This document shows positions 36,777 through 37,138 of a stretch of DNA of 37,138 nt, piece by piece. Made by a program: the position numbers and the translations under genes. Numbering within the stretch: position 1 is the first letter of the stretch; each line of letters opens with the position of its first letter. The notes below the pieces were generated by a model. It did no database searches. It worked only from the letters and a program-made list of their open reading frames with translations, and was not told the origin of the DNA. The stretch is from Lachnoclostridium sp. UBA6475. Its GTDB lineage: Bacteria > Bacillota > Clostridia > Lachnospirales > Lachnospiraceae. The stretch is from the NCBI GenBank assembly GCA_002435545.1, contig DJNB01000257.1, positions 1 through 37,138 of the forward strand. The letters run 5' to 3'.

Positions 36777-37138
36777 CTATTTTTCTTCCAAAATTTCCTG
36801 AATTTCTTCTGCGGTTTTGCCAGATACTTCTTCAATTTTTTCGATGGAAATTCCAGCGCGATACATATTCTGTATCATAAAAAACTGAGTTTCCGTGCGG
36901 CCTTTTTCAAGCCCTTTCTCAATTCCTTTCTCAATTCCTTTCTCGATTCCTTTCTCGATTCCCTTTTCGATTCCCTTTTGAATTCCTTTTTCAATTCCCT
37001 TTTCAACTCCTTTGGTATATCCATTCGCCATAGCATCTTCCCAGATGCCTTCACCTAGATTACACATTGTCTCCACGTCCTTTCCCAAATCCTGACTTGA
37101 AATATCATATTCTTCTTCCATGATACTAATACGTTCAT
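36777..37138 (-). CDS. C-terminal part of an Rpn/PD-(D/E)XK nuclease-family 'transposase-like' protein (5' end outside window)
   Basis: Frame stays open to the window edge (..ERISIMEEEY). MCNL motif, (I/V/L)EKG repeats and terminal HTH-like GISIEKIEEVSG are typical of these tails. The nuclease domain is not visible. Confidence 0.65.
   Translation of the reverse strand, partial: ERISIMEEEYDISSQDLGKDVETMCNLGEGIWEDAMANGYTKGVEKGIEKGIQKGIEKGIEKGIEKGIEKGIEKGLEKGRTETQFFMIQNMYRAGISIEKIEEVSGKTAEEIQEILEEK
36900..37014 (-). repeat. In-frame 12-bp tandem repeat encoding ~9 x (I/V/L)(E/Q)KG
   Basis: Plus-strand units such as AATTCCTTTCTC / GATTCCTTTCTC; protein KGVEKGIEKGIQKGIEKGIEKGIEKGIEKGIEKGLEKG. 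Confidence 0.9.

Noticed and set aside
321..36880. Numerous antisense or alternate-frame ORFs in the track (e.g. 2171..2839-, 22583..23401-, 36164..36724-)
   Set aside because: They overlap well-supported genes and show no recognisable motifs; treated as shadow ORFs.

Overview
This looks like a chromosomal window from a motile, low-GC Gram-positive gut anaerobe; gene order and proteins are Lachnospiraceae/Roseburia-like (inference). 1-270 is a 74-bp tandem hairpin repeat. 384-2803 encodes an ECF sigma factor and a membrane-anchored beta-propeller protein. 2874-14442 is a late flagellar locus (flgM flgN flgK flgK flgL fliW csrA flaG fliD fliS fliT-like fliC) with three sigma-28-type promoters. 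14560-36746 is an accessory island directly behind the short flagellin. It holds two large LicD-family phosphotransferases and a complete 2-aminoethylphosphonate (AEP) pathway (cytidylyltransferase-fused PEP mutase, phosphonopyruvate decarboxylase, AEP transaminase, LicC/PntC-like cytidylyltransferase). The AEP genes bracket an AT-rich acyl/aminoacyl carrier module (3 ACPs, 3 KAS III, 2 SDRs, a stand-alone A domain, an AAC(3)-family and three GNAT-like transferases, an MBL hydrolase) that has its own sigma-28 promoter and CsrA-like hairpins. A Septu-like ATPase + HNH pair is wedged inside the phosphonate genes, and an Rpn/PD-(D/E)XK-type gene runs off the right edge. The best candidate for a new system is flagellum-co-regulated modification of flagellin (or its glycan) with an N-acylated phosphonate. 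All assignments come from motif recognition by eye; no database searches were run.
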